A stretch of 64,000 nucleotides of DNA, from positions 1,984,001 to 2,048,000 of the forward strand of contig NC_027217.1 of the NCBI RefSeq assembly GCF_000981445.1. The letters are read 5' to 3'. Below, piece by piece: positions 21,693-33,700 of this stretch (its first letter is position 1; the number at the start of each line of letters is the position of its first letter). The position numbers and the translations under genes are program-made. Source of the DNA: Babesia bigemina. Lineage: Eukaryota. The notes below the pieces were generated by a model. That model saw nothing but the letters and a program-made list of their open reading frames with translations, had not been told where the DNA came from and searched no databases.

Positions 21693-22741
21693 ACTGTTTA
21701 ACCCGCTATTCTGGTCCTGGATTTTCGGAGTTGGGCCGCATATGCCGTGCCCGGCGACCCCGCGCCCGTTCTTGTCTTCCCCAAGGGCATCATCCCCGCA
21801 CTCCAATAGTGCAAACCGTGCAATAAGCGCGGTCAAAGTTCGGACAGCTTCCCTAATAATACTCAATTCCGTATGTAGTTTGTAGCTGGCTTGCTAAGTG
21901 CATAATCGGCGTTGGTGCTGATTTATTGCAACCGTGGCGAAGCGCCGGTCGCCGGAAGACAACCGGCAGCTTCTGACCGTTGCAAAACGATCAAATAATG
22001 CCATGTTAATTCAGAAAGTGGCATACAAATAACTAATCTCATAATGTTTTACAGGGCAATACAAGAGGAGTGGACACCGGGAACAACGCACTGCAAAAAA
22101 TCGAAAGCGATCAAAGAGAATACAATACTCGATTTTATACGCTCAATTGTGAGATATATTACATTTGGTCAAGCATATGGCTCTATTAATCGCGCTCGCG
22201 CCCACAGAAGGTCGATGCGAATCATGGATGGCACCAACGGCCGCCGGCGATGCCACGACGTGGATTCCGCAATAGACACCAAAAGTTGATGGTGTGTGAT
22301 ATCGTATTCCACAAAAAAAATCAACAACGCCCACACTCAGCCGCTTGCTCTATTCTGTCTAAAAATTATGCGACATCGGGATTCGATAGTTAGCGTCCTC
22401 CTTGTCTTTTGCGGGATTTCGACGCGCAGTAAGAATTTTCTTTGCATCTGTTATAGTGTGGTTAGCAAGCCATTATTTTTATGGCTCAAAATACGTAGCG
22501 TTGAATACGCAACATATGCATCCTAAGGATTCGGTGGTTGATAATATTGTCGTTAACATTGATGTACGTATGTTCGGCACATATTTAAGCTTATATTACC
22601 GTGGTTTCTTAAATTTAGTGCGTATGTTTCAACGTGATAGCTAGGGAATTTTGAGTTGATGAATTCTCGGTAGAGCACGATCAGAAAATATTTAGAGCGC
22701 ATTATTCTTTTGTCTAATCCTTGTTGTTCGCCTGCAACAAG

Positions 22742-24952
22742 ATGATTGGCATTAGTAAGTGCCTTTGCTGCTACCTAGCGCTTCTATTCGGGATTTTCAC
22801 GCTGAGAGGGTGCGATGTGGCGAGCGGCATTCCTACTGGAGGAACTACTGAGGATGAAAGCACTCAAGGACCATCGACCAGCTCCGATCCTATTGACTTA
22901 ACTCTGCGGAGCTTGCCAAGCGCGGATTTCAACCAGAATGTAAAGCATTATTTGGATAGCATGAGAGAAATTTGCATAATATTGGGACGTCTGCACGGCT
23001 TCGATTTCAGAGTGTCGGACCATTTGGCCACGCTGAAATATATCGGCGAGGCCGACTCTGTTGGCGCTACCGTTAAAAACAACACCATCGTATATGCAGA
23101 ACTTGAAAATGCTTACTCCATAGATGCAATTGTGAACAGGATGAAACGGCGTACGTGGTCGCTGCAGTTTGCTTATCAAAAGGACAGGCTGGCCGACGTA
23201 CAGCTTTCGGAAGCGACTGCTTCAATGAGGGCCACCTGGATAATCAACATAGCTTTGCAAAAACACGTCGACGAACTATCTACTGCGATAAAGTTGTTAC
23301 AGTATTCTACATTCAAGATTCAACTGATGAATACCTTGGGCTGCGCAGATCTGAATTCGCTCGAGTCTAAGATTTTCATACGCGCGCTTACTAATCAGTA
23401 CATGTCATCGCAACCTATAGAGCGCATAACAGCGCAGGAGATGCGGTCAAAGTTGGCAGGGATCATGCAGATCGTAGAAAATGACAGCGGATGGACTTTT
23501 TTCCAGACGCGTATTCTTTCCGATTTAGCAGGCAATTTATGTATCAACCGGCGAATGGGATATTACGGCAGGTTCTACGACCCCATGTTTTGTCACTACG
23601 ATGAGTTTAGAACCGGCATTTGGAGGTGGCACAGGCTGTACCATGCTCTTCACGTACACAAGAAGCAGATGAAAAAGGCATCTTTTGCCATGCAGATTTT
23701 GTATGACTGGTTGAGCATGGAGGGCATGGATCCGGATACGTCTCAATTTTACGTAAAAATGGGAGAAGTGCTTGATGGTGCGATATCGCAGTTCATATGG
23801 AGCGACAGAGAGAAGGCGATCTTCGAGTCAGAGCTGAGCGAATTGCAGCCACTATTTGAGCACATGGTTGAGAGGAAAGCCAGTGTCGATGCTTATCCGA
23901 GTCTCAACGCTGAAGTGGGCGTGCACAAGGAGTATTTCGTCAACAACACGTTCAACAGGGACCCGATCTACCATTTGCTGATGATACACTATTACTCTGA
24001 ATTGGTGTATTTTGACAAATGCTCGCGCCATCTTATCGTTTCGATGGTTGTTTACGCCAGGAAAATACGTCAATTCCCCCGCTTGCCCAGCGAGGACGAA
24101 GAATCACGAAGGTTTAAGGCGAACAGGATCTACCACCAAATAGAAAAGCTAAGTGGACATGCCGAAGCTCATATGCGCAAAATGCACAGCATAATGCAAC
24201 ATGCCGTTGCAAGCGCATCGTTAAACCAAGACACCGAGGAGACATACCGTCAGTGTCAGCAAGAATTGGAGAATTATCTGAACGGCCTAGGTTTAACATA
24301 CACCGCCATAAGAAGTATGATTGTCGACTACCTTCGGCTGATATGGCCCAGTGACACGGCGGACTACAATATGGATCTGACGGCCTTAGTCCGATTCGCT
24401 TTGCCCTATGTTGTGGATTTGACTCTGCGCGCCCACCGGGTGGCGGTTGCGAATTCTGCCCTTTTTGATGAACGTACGGCAAAATTGAAATGGAATATGA
24501 ACTCAATGGCAAAGATACCCATCGCATCAGCTAGAACGCATGAGAGCGCATGTTACCGCGATGTAGATAGCAGATTCGGCCATATTTTAAGCCGTAGACT
24601 CGACCTTCACTCGATTTTCAACCATCTTCATATGAGCAAAGATGATAAACTATATCTGGAAATCATATATGAATCTCTAGCAGGCGCGACCAGAGCAAGT
24701 AGCAACAAAAAGATATGCAAAGCCTTCAAAATGTACTTGAATAAAAGGGAACTAGTGCAGCGAGCGCTTCAGCAGGAAATTGCCATGCCGCGAATACTTG
24801 AACTCATTGATCAGTTTACAAATCTGGTGCATACTTATCGACAGAGTTTCCCTATCATTACAGCGGCTGTTCGACGCTGCGAAACCATTACTGCGCAACT
24901 GGAGTCAAACGAGCGGATGATTCAGAATATGAACCCAAACAGCACTGATTAG
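22742..24952 (+). CDS. Secreted/exported hypothetical alpha-helical protein (~736 aa)
   Basis: Long single ORF, N-terminal signal (CCYLALLFGIFTLRGC), lower GC than core genes, no recognisable domain. Confidence 0.75.
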   Translation: MIGISKCLCCYLALLFGIFTLRGCDVASGIPTGGTTEDESTQGPSTSSDPIDLTLRSLPSADFNQNVKHYLDSMREICIILGRLHGFDFRVSDHLATLKYIGEADSVGATVKNNTIVYAELENAYSIDAIVNRMKRRTWSLQFAYQKDRLADVQLSEATASMRATWIINIALQKHVDELSTAIKLLQYSTFKIQLMNTLGCADLNSLESKIFIRALTNQYMSSQPIERITAQEMRSKLAGIMQIVENDSGWTFFQTRILSDLAGNLCINRRMGYYGRFYDPMFCHYDEFRTGIWRWHRLYHALHVHKKQMKKASFAMQILYDWLSMEGMDPDTSQFYVKMGEVLDGAISQFIWSDREKAIFESELSELQPLFEHMVERKASVDAYPSLNAEVGVHKEYFVNNTFNRDPIYHLLMIHYYSELVYFDKCSRHLIVSMVVYARKIRQFPRLPSEDEESRRFKANRIYHQIEKLSGHAEAHMRKMHSIMQHAVASASLNQDTEETYRQCQQELENYLNGLGLTYTAIRSMIVDYLRLIWPSDTADYNMDLTALVRFALPYVVDLTLRAHRVAVANSALFDERTAKLKWNMNSMAKIPIASARTHESACYRDVDSRFGHILSRRLDLHSIFNHLHMSKDDKLYLEIIYESLAGATRASSNKKICKAFKMYLNKRELVQRALQQEIAMPRILELIDQFTNLVHTYRQSFPIITAAVRRCETITAQLESNERMIQNMNPNSTD

Positions 24953-25299
24953 CACATACTAAATGATGGTGCTATCACGTTACATGGACTGTTTTGGGGC
25001 ATCAATGTGAACTATTTTGGAAGGATATGAGCTTCGAGAAGCGCAACTAGTTTGGGGGAAGTGGTGGTTATTTTGATTGGCTATAACACGATAAATGGAT
25101 ACGTGTGATCGGCAACAATTTGGGGGAATATAAAACTTTGCCAAATTGATCTTATGTGGCCGAAACTTTGAAAACACTGTGCGTAACGTGAGAATAATGA
25201 ACTTTTGGGGTGAAAGGTCGCCCGTGTGTGGTTGAGCGAACACAGCAACTTTATTTCGCAAATACTCACGTAAGAAAAATTACCAATCTACTTCGATAA

Positions 25300-28200
25300 T
25301 TACGTATTTGGGTAATGTTGCGCAATATCAGCGTCGTCGAAGTAATCGGCGTCGTAGAGTGAGAGCATCTTTCTGCTCGGGGTGAGTAGCGCCTTGACGT
25401 CGATGAAGTGTGAAGCCTTGGAGCGGATAAGGTGCGAGCCAATGCGGAAGACGTCCAGGCGGTAGAGCTGCGTGTGGATGAGGCATACGATCGCTATCGA
25501 CCACAACGTGAACACAAGGGTGACGAAAGGTTTGCGGCCACGGTACAGGAAATCATCCATACAAGTCAAAAGTTTTGAAATGGGACCGCCTGAGAGAACA
25601 GAGCTCAACTTGGCGGTGACATCCGAACAATTGGGTGGTCGTTTTAAAGCATCATACGGTGGAGCGAAACCGTGGAAATACAAAGTGGAAACAGCATCGG
25701 AGCACATATGAAGTGGTTTGATACCGTAACAAGTATGATATTTTAAATCTCTCCTCAGCCTGTCCAGTGCGTCCTGCAGCCTGTCGGGTAGGTACACCAT
25801 CCAGCTGAGGTATGTGGGAACGAATGTGGGAGAGTACAGGGCATAGGTTGGGTAGGTGATTGGTAACAGTTGTTGTGGACAGGGTATCGGATAAATGTCG
25901 CAGCCAATCAGGTTGGACAGGGTATTGTGGTGGTCATGGCATTGGATTAGAGGGTCACAGCCGCGGATCTCCCGGATCGACAAGAGGTCGGCCTCCTCAA
26001 TATGAGCCCAGAAGAAATAATCTACGGGATGGTCAATGAGGGAGGACCCCACGTCGGACAATATATCCGGATCAAATTCGTACAACGCATTCCCGAGGTG
26101 ATGGAAGAAAGAAATAAGTTCTGCGGTGGTGCGAGGCGTCCGTGTTGTTAGGCAAACGAGGTACGAAGCTAACGTCATCAAGGGGTCGTAGGGGTCGCAT
26201 TTAGGAGAGAGTATACTTGAGAGCAAGCTGCCTTGTTTGGTTTCCTTGGGCAAATCTGCGTCGCTGAATCCCATTCTGATGCGACTCTGGTAGCAGACGT
26301 CTTGAGCGTCGAAGAGATGCGTGTTGAACTTGGAGTCCCAGCCGTCGGTGAGGAAGGCTTGCAGGGTGGAGGAGGAAACGCCGACATTACTACCATATTC
26401 AAAATCCTTCCAACCACCCTGTGCCTCATCTCGGTAACACTGCAATCGAAGGAACGCCAACTGGTGGTGCGCGGCGTAGACGTAGTCCCGCAGCTGGCAG
26501 AGGAGGGCGGCGGGGTCAGCAGCATAGTGAAGCTGACTATACTCCGCAGCGAAGTCGAAGTCCTTGATGGCATTAGAAATGTCGATGTGCTTAAGCCTGC
26601 AGAGCACGCTGGCCGCGTAGTAGCACGCCTCAGTGAGGATCCGGGTGACAGCGGAAGCGACCAAGGGCAACTCCGACAGGCTGATATTGAGGGTATGTTG
26701 AGGCATGGCAGGGATGCCAATGGCCTTGTCAAAATCGCGCAGCATACCCTCAACATGCCTGTGAATAATGCCAACATATTCTAATGCGACAAGGCCGACC
26801 AGCCAGTAGAGTATTCCGCGAACGGTGTTGGGCGTTGGCAGGTTGTCCGCCGATGGTGGAGGTGACTGCGTTGGTTGGTCAGGATACGTAGACGACGGTG
26901 AAATGTGCCAGGGGTCACGGCAGACGTCAATTGTTTCGACGACATCGTGCCTGTAGTTAGGGGCATCTTGTTCCTCTTCCTCTTCAAGGTCATCTTGGAT
27001 TTCCTCACCTGCATCAAATGAGCTAGGTGCCTCACTGGGAAGCTGAGTAATTGGGCGTGCAGGTTTAACCTGAACTTTTTGCAGTGGTGCGGTAGGACGC
27101 ATCACCGTTGTATCTTCGTCTCCCTCTGTATTCGGCTTTTCGATTACCAGATCTACATGAGCGTTCGAAGGGAACGCCTCTTCATCTGTCACCAGGGTAG
27201 ATTCTGGAATCGTATCTGAGCCGGGCTTACCCAAGAGTTTTGGCGAAGGTGGTGAGGGTGGTACTTTTTTCTGAAGTCGCGGCGGATTCAATCGATTGCC
27301 TACCGCAATTCCTATTTTTGGAAGCTCAGGTGGAGAATACGTAAGGACTTGCATTTTGAGCTCAGATAATATTTTATCATTCTTATCCCGAAATTCTTTT
27401 CTCTGGAGCGTGGTTTGTTTTCGCTGCCATTCTTCATCTGGGTCTTCTGGGTTCAACATATCAGGTCCTTCGTAGCCAATTATAGGCACATAGTTTCGGT
27501 AAGCGGTGTGAAGTGGTATATCGTCAGGTGGTGGGTATATTTGATGGCCACCAACACTGCTCTTATGTGTATAATACCGAAAACGATACGTATTGGAGTA
27601 ATTCGTTGGATTGCCATGTCGCCCTGGATTAGAGTACAAACTTGGTATTACATTTTTTGATGAAAAAGGTTGGTTTAGTCTTCTTTTCTCTTCCTCTTTT
27701 TCGTATTCATCCCAAAGTGTATTCGGAGTCTTATGGCCATGCACAGTGCGGGCAATCGCCGTACGCGTGTGCTGACACAAAGTAACACCGCCGAAATTCA
27801 CAGGTGACCGCCCATGGACACATGTCTTATCATGCGAGTGACTGGGAGACGTTGCACCTTTCGCATCATCATCATCCGTATCACTTCTTTTAGTTCCACT
27901 GCCATTTGGATCAGGAGGCAAAACAGAAGGTTCAGAGGTGGAGGAACCGGAGTCAACTGCATTATCAGTCTGGGAATCACCAGTAATCGCAGGAGTAGAA
28001 ACTGGATATGGTTGAGGACTCTGCATTTTCGGAGTTTGTGCACTCGAGTCAGGAGCCTGATCTACGGAGGATTGACCAGATATAGGTGTAACATGCGCAG
28101 AAGACGCCGAATCACGCTGGTTTGTATCCTTAGGCAAACCGTCACAATTACCAGATCCACCGACAGGACTAGGAACGCTAGATGATACACCACCGGGACT

Positions 28201-30756
28201 GCTAGCAAGTGGATCCTGAGCTTTCTTAATGTCGTGAGATCCAGCAGGCTGTGGTTGTGACAGACCATTGCTCGGCGAAGAAGCAGCACCATCTGATGAA
28301 TTCGGGTCCTGCTCTTGTGGATCGCCACCTGAGCCGGACGCCTTCGGATCCCTAGAAGGAGATGCTGTATCACCGGGTGTCGGCACATCGGCATCTCCTT
28401 TCCCTTGGTCTGTTGGAGTTGGTATCGCTTTACTCTTTGGAGACGATGAACCAGAAGATGGCGTAGTTGGGGGAGATTGTGCTTCAGATTGACTTTCCGA
28501 CGTTTTGCCACCCATTAGCGTCTTCGACACTTCATCACCACCGGATGATTGATCATCAGAAGGGCCTCTACTGGATGCACCTTGAGTCCCTGGGGGCCCC
28601 CCACCCTCTCCTCCAGCTTCATCGGAAATTGAACCAGCACCCGGAGCAGAGGATGCCGGATCAGTGCCACCTGTCCTCCCAAACTTATTGCTCGGGGAAC
28701 TTTCAGCAGCACCGGGAGCCGCCTGCTTATCCGGGATCTGACCACTACCGGAACTGTCGACACCGTGTGACACAATCTCTGAACCTGCAGCACTTGGAGA
28801 CTGAGGCGGCGCAGAAAGTGGAGGTTTAACAGGCTCTTGACTTGGAGCACCACCACGCTGTGAATCCTGACCTGGATCACTTGAAGGAGCATTGGGGGCA
28901 GGAGCTGCAGCGGTAATTGGGGGAGAAGCTGGAGGTGTAAGTACTGGCGGAACTTGCGCAACTTGTTTGGGAGGTTGATCAGGGTTTTTAGTTGATAAAT
29001 CCTGATCCGCTTTACCATTCGCCCCTGCTTTACCCGTATTTTCTGCAGGCCCTGTTGGACCTTTCTCTACATTTTTTTCAACAGGAGTCTTAGGGGATCC
29101 AGCGTTTTTGGTTGACGAGGCTGGAGGTGAAGGTTTTGGCAGGGTTGGGTGAGAAACCTCACCACTTTTCGTCAAAGCTTCAACTTTTACCGCTACAGAT
29201 CCAATTGATTCTTGAGCACCAGGATCATGAGGTTTATTTTCTGCTGTAGACCCCTGCGGGCCTTGACTTTTAGGCCCAGTCGGTCCTCGAGTTCCATCAT
29301 TATTTGGGAGCTGAGTAGCAGCAGTTTTTACAACTGCCTGATCTGGAGACTTATGTTCAGTAGAACTTTTTATTTGATTTGAACTTTTCTCGGCCTTTTT
29401 ATTCTGGTTTTGTGTTCCCTTCCCTCTTGCGCTCTGGTCTAGATCTCTGTTAGATGTCTTGTGTGGACTTTTAGATCTGCCAGCATTAGTTCTTGTAGCA
29501 GTTGGCTTCGATATCTCGGTTTTGGTGACCACAGGCTTTGCGGCCTCAGTTTTCGTTGCTTTAGTTTTAGTCGCAACGGGCCCTGAAGACTCTAAACATT
29601 TAACTTTCTCTAATCCCTCTAAAATGTTTTTAAGCCTTTCCAATTCGTGGCCCCTGTCATTAAACATAGAAAGTGCATTGGACCAATGAGTTTTCAGTGT
29701 ATTTTCCCAGTGGGTTTTCCCATCGTATTTGAAAATGAGGCCGTAGGGATACAATTTCGTTGTAGCAAACAAATGGACATCCGAATCATCGGTTTTTTCA
29801 CTCATTTTTTGTAGATTCTTCTTAATGTGTTGATAATTTGTTTTAAACCATTTCGAAAACATTTCGGCAAATTCCTTCTTCTTTGTAATATTGTACACCT
29901 GCCCAGTGAATCCAAATCCCCCATCGTTAAATACATTCTTAAAGGGAGTTTGAGATCCGGAAAAATGCTTATACAAATCTGCCCAACATACTCTTTTCGG
30001 GTGAATATCTTTATCCCAATCTTCCTTGGCCAAACCGCCCTTACTGCCGTCTCCTTCCGCAACAACAATATCTTGAAAGGCGCGCATGAGAAGCAATGCG
30101 TTTCCAGTGTTGACGTCTTGCCAAGGTCTATCTAGTGTGGTAGCTAAGACGTTAGTAAAATGATTTGGTGGTCCTTGTTTGTCTTTGCCTCTACCTGTTC
30201 TAACGCCACCTTCACGAGTGACAGCTTCTGTCAAGGGTCTGACCAAAGCTTTACCATTTTGGTTCTTCAATTCAATAACGTTGAACCCCCCAGGTATAAT
30301 GCCGTTGTAATCTTTAACGTTGGTAGATGTGAGATATTTACAAAGATCGCTACCGGTGGATGTCGCGTTCTGATTTGCCCAACTCCCACCACCCACGCTC
30401 TTGTAATTATCGGATACATTATACAGTAGAAACGACAGCGCCGCATATAGCTTAGGAATGCAATCAAGAATGACATGGAGAATTTCTTGTTGTGTTAGTT
30501 TCGCATATGTGTCTCCCAACTTCGCAATTTCTGTAGATAACAGTGCCTCATGCAGCGTTGTCATCTTTTCAATTAAATTGTTCAATGATCTCTGCATTGC
30601 GAATTGTAAGTTCCTTTTCGATACATCCAAAAAAGGTAAAAACCTAGGAACCAACATGTTGGCGATCGTATTATGTTTCCCACCCCTACGCTTTAACCAT
30701 GCCAGGAACTGGAAAATTTCGCTCAGTGTATCGAACTTGAACGCATTATATGCCAT
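25300..30756 (-). CDS. ves-like variant erythrocyte surface antigen family protein (1818 aa)
   Basis: C-terminal PNTVRGILYWL, Cys-rich blocks, TRTPRT, a single TM and LYRLDVFRIGSHL...SHFIDVKALL tail typical of Babesia VESA-like proteins; long Pro/Ser/Gly low-complexity centre. Confidence 0.85.
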   Translation of the reverse strand: MAYNAFKFDTLSEIFQFLAWLKRRGGKHNTIANMLVPRFLPFLDVSKRNLQFAMQRSLNNLIEKMTTLHEALLSTEIAKLGDTYAKLTQQEILHVILDCIPKLYAALSFLLYNVSDNYKSVGGGSWANQNATSTGSDLCKYLTSTNVKDYNGIIPGGFNVIELKNQNGKALVRPLTEAVTREGGVRTGRGKDKQGPPNHFTNVLATTLDRPWQDVNTGNALLLMRAFQDIVVAEGDGSKGGLAKEDWDKDIHPKRVCWADLYKHFSGSQTPFKNVFNDGGFGFTGQVYNITKKKEFAEMFSKWFKTNYQHIKKNLQKMSEKTDDSDVHLFATTKLYPYGLIFKYDGKTHWENTLKTHWSNALSMFNDRGHELERLKNILEGLEKVKCLESSGPVATKTKATKTEAAKPVVTKTEISKPTATRTNAGRSKSPHKTSNRDLDQSARGKGTQNQNKKAEKSSNQIKSSTEHKSPDQAVVKTAATQLPNNDGTRGPTGPKSQGPQGSTAENKPHDPGAQESIGSVAVKVEALTKSGEVSHPTLPKPSPPASSTKNAGSPKTPVEKNVEKGPTGPAENTGKAGANGKADQDLSTKNPDQPPKQVAQVPPVLTPPASPPITAAAPAPNAPSSDPGQDSQRGGAPSQEPVKPPLSAPPQSPSAAGSEIVSHGVDSSGSGQIPDKQAAPGAAESSPSNKFGRTGGTDPASSAPGAGSISDEAGGEGGGPPGTQGASSRGPSDDQSSGGDEVSKTLMGGKTSESQSEAQSPPTTPSSGSSSPKSKAIPTPTDQGKGDADVPTPGDTASPSRDPKASGSGGDPQEQDPNSSDGAASSPSNGLSQPQPAGSHDIKKAQDPLASSPGGVSSSVPSPVGGSGNCDGLPKDTNQRDSASSAHVTPISGQSSVDQAPDSSAQTPKMQSPQPYPVSTPAITGDSQTDNAVDSGSSTSEPSVLPPDPNGSGTKRSDTDDDDAKGATSPSHSHDKTCVHGRSPVNFGGVTLCQHTRTAIARTVHGHKTPNTLWDEYEKEEEKRRLNQPFSSKNVIPSLYSNPGRHGNPTNYSNTYRFRYYTHKSSVGGHQIYPPPDDIPLHTAYRNYVPIIGYEGPDMLNPEDPDEEWQRKQTTLQRKEFRDKNDKILSELKMQVLTYSPPELPKIGIAVGNRLNPPRLQKKVPPSPPSPKLLGKPGSDTIPESTLVTDEEAFPSNAHVDLVIEKPNTEGDEDTTVMRPTAPLQKVQVKPARPITQLPSEAPSSFDAGEEIQDDLEEEEEQDAPNYRHDVVETIDVCRDPWHISPSSTYPDQPTQSPPPSADNLPTPNTVRGILYWLVGLVALEYVGIIHRHVEGMLRDFDKAIGIPAMPQHTLNISLSELPLVASAVTRILTEACYYAASVLCRLKHIDISNAIKDFDFAAEYSQLHYAADPAALLCQLRDYVYAAHHQLAFLRLQCYRDEAQGGWKDFEYGSNVGVSSSTLQAFLTDGWDSKFNTHLFDAQDVCYQSRIRMGFSDADLPKETKQGSLLSSILSPKCDPYDPLMTLASYLVCLTTRTPRTTAELISFFHHLGNALYEFDPDILSDVGSSLIDHPVDYFFWAHIEEADLLSIREIRGCDPLIQCHDHHNTLSNLIGCDIYPIPCPQQLLPITYPTYALYSPTFVPTYLSWMVYLPDRLQDALDRLRRDLKYHTCYGIKPLHMCSDAVSTLYFHGFAPPYDALKRPPNCSDVTAKLSSVLSGGPISKLLTCMDDFLYRGRKPFVTLVFTLWSIAIVCLIHTQLYRLDVFRIGSHLIRSKASHFIDVKALLTPSRKMLSLYDADYFDDADIAQHYPNT

Positions 30757-33700
30757 CTTGCTTTACAAATCGCGCAACAGTCTCATATAACGAGTCATTA
30801 GGTCACATGGTAATAAATTCTATGCAGTGGCAGAGGGGTACAAGTTGCCACAGTAGTTGGTGTTTTGATGCGTCTTATATCTTCCCAATACACAGGCAGT
30901 GGAATCATCTTCATAAGTCTATTACTAATCGATACCCCCGATGATTTGACCGCCATCATTGCACTCATAACCATCGACAACATATCTCGTGGTAAACAAA
31001 TTAAAAACCAAAGCCAGAGCCACTCTCAACTTTCCAACGCAATTACTTCGCTAAAAAGCACCTCCCAATAAACTTCCTCCTGCAGTCGATTGCTTATAAA
31101 CTTCATTTCGTTACTCTTCTCTGTGATACTGAATGCTGTATTGAAAACGTCTTGGTATAACCAGGGTCGTGTCTAAAGTGTGTAGGTTCATGAACACCCT
31201 TCTAAACGCCTCAAACGTCACGGGGTGTAGTATTATAGCGCTGCTAGGTGTTAGAAGTATGAATGCAATACAATGTGTGCCTATAGCATTACTTTGCGAG
31301 GTATGTGTGGGTTAAGACACAACAGCACTCTCATTTCTAAGGCGCCCGATGTGTAAGTGCGTTGTCTACTCTTTCAGCATGTGTGGTCTTATACTAAGTC
31401 TTACGTATGTAATAACTCATATATAGTCTTCCGACCAAAGGTCGTTGAGTCCTTTTGGACGGCGAAGTGGCAGAACGCTGCAATGTGCATTAGTGAAGTA
31501 ACACAAGGCATTACAATGCATGTGATGGCAATGAGACCAATCCGTTACGCTTAGTTATTATTATATTTGTTTTCATGTCGGCACACTGTCTAATGCATTT
31601 CGCATGAGCAACCGGTATAAATGGTCCCACTGAATACACCTTCACAGGCAGCTCTTACGCGCTCTTCTATAAGAACGTCGGTAGTATTCGATAACACGTG
31701 CTTAAATAGTACTCTATGATATTCCTTAACACAAGTGGGTTTGTGTTTCAACATTCTTATCCTAATGATGTAGCTCGGCATCACCAACGTCTTCCAATCG
31801 TTGTATTCAACACGGAAGAGATGTGCAATGATATTCGGAGATTGTAATAAGCCGTTGCTAAACAATTAATGTTCAAATAGGGTAATCGTTTAAAATTCGG
31901 CCTGCAAATAGCTGCACTCAATTAGATGTTCAAGTTTAAATGCTTGTACGCGCATCAGCGTTTTAACCGAATTAGAATAGCATTCTAATGTTATCTAGAG
32001 GCACGGAAAACGTCTTTGATTGTGTCTTGCCAACGGAAGTTCAACACGTCATAGTCACTACTCAGCGTGTTTTTCCTCTAACGGTAACGGCAACAATTCG
32101 AAAATTGGAGCTCACTAAAACGTATAAGATTGACTATTCGAATTTCATTACTCGCAAAGGCGTGAATGTAGAACAACCAGCGTTTTACACCGCTGGTTCG
32201 TGCGTTATATTATAAAAATGTCAATCGCCCAGCTGTTGCCGCTTTTAGAGTGCTCATTCCAACTGGTGGACGGTTTAGTTTTTTCAATAACGCTGTTTTT
32301 CTAAACACCTATCGGTGAAGCATATCTACCATGAACACGAAAACAATCTTGCCACCATTTAAGAACAATATTACTCGCATCAACTTTTGACGCCAGATTT
32401 TCCGCCACAGCAGTCGAGATGGTTGTAAGCGTGACGTGTTACGCAACAGCAATATCTGACGTTGCGATAAATGGTGTAAGCAGTATAATCTAGGTGGCAG
32501 TACAATGTTAATGTTGCCACAAGTCAGGGTGAAATGATGTTTTTCCTCTAAGGTTAGTGAACACGCAAAATGAGGAATGTGGCCAATTGAGTATGTGATC
32601 ACTATATGAGGCGCAAAATATATCGCAATACGGATTAATGTTGAATACTTTGAAGATGACAGCACTTTAAAAGAAATTCGACAGATTTATATATATGCCT
32701 GAGTCTCATCGCAACTGCCGAATGTCAGGCAGAACTTAGGGAATGAATGCCCTTCGATGCAATTACCGATGAGAGTCTCATTTCTGAAAATGCTACCATG
32801 TTGTATCTGCCAAAACAAATATATGGTGAGAATGAGTGCATCAGTGAGTGGATATCGTAGCTGGGATCCACTTTCAGGTGGGCGGGGCTGGACAAGCTGC
32901 TATGTACCAGGCTGATACAAATTGAAGAGGTGATGAGCGTAAATAAAAACGTAGGCAACAAGTAACGTTAAATGCTTGGTACGCAACGCAGACGTCGCGT
33001 TGATATGTAAGAACACGGTGGGTCATTTCGAACAATGTTTAAATTCCTGCTGGAATTTGACAAGCATAATCCGAAAAGATGGGGTATCCTTCGCGTTACA
33101 GAAAGGTGCATCAATGCATATATTGAACGTTTTCTCCTGTAAAATAGATTACGTTACATCATGCAAATACATTGTACCACGGCTATTGCGCAATAGGGGG
33201 AGTGGTGGGGTGGCATTATGTGAGTTGGTTAAAGGTATACCTCCGATATCAAGCATAATTCGAAATCCAGCGGATCCAATCCTTGTACATTGTGGCTCTG
33301 ACCAATTATAGTTTTTAGATACCACCGGATGACAATATACTGGTGTGTAATCGCCTTTATGGTCTTCGCAATCATATTCGGCTTTGCTGTTTACCTCTAT
33401 AAAACGGTGTCACCAGCTTACACAGTAGGCCAATTGTTTCCTGACTGGACAGGATACACCTCCACATACGCCGGCCTGGGAAGCAAGAATCTTTCTTAAC
33501 GCCATTTACTGTCGTATCGTACGTAATACAGTAATATGGTTATTAAAGGTTTTGATGAGCGCGAATTTAGGTTCGTTCAAGAAGGGTGATAATACGTGCA
33601 TCCACCCTATGGTGTACAGTATTACATGATAAATGACGGAATGAGGAAGCGGCTTCGCAATAGTGCCTTATACGGTCATATGTTGTACATTCTGAAAATT

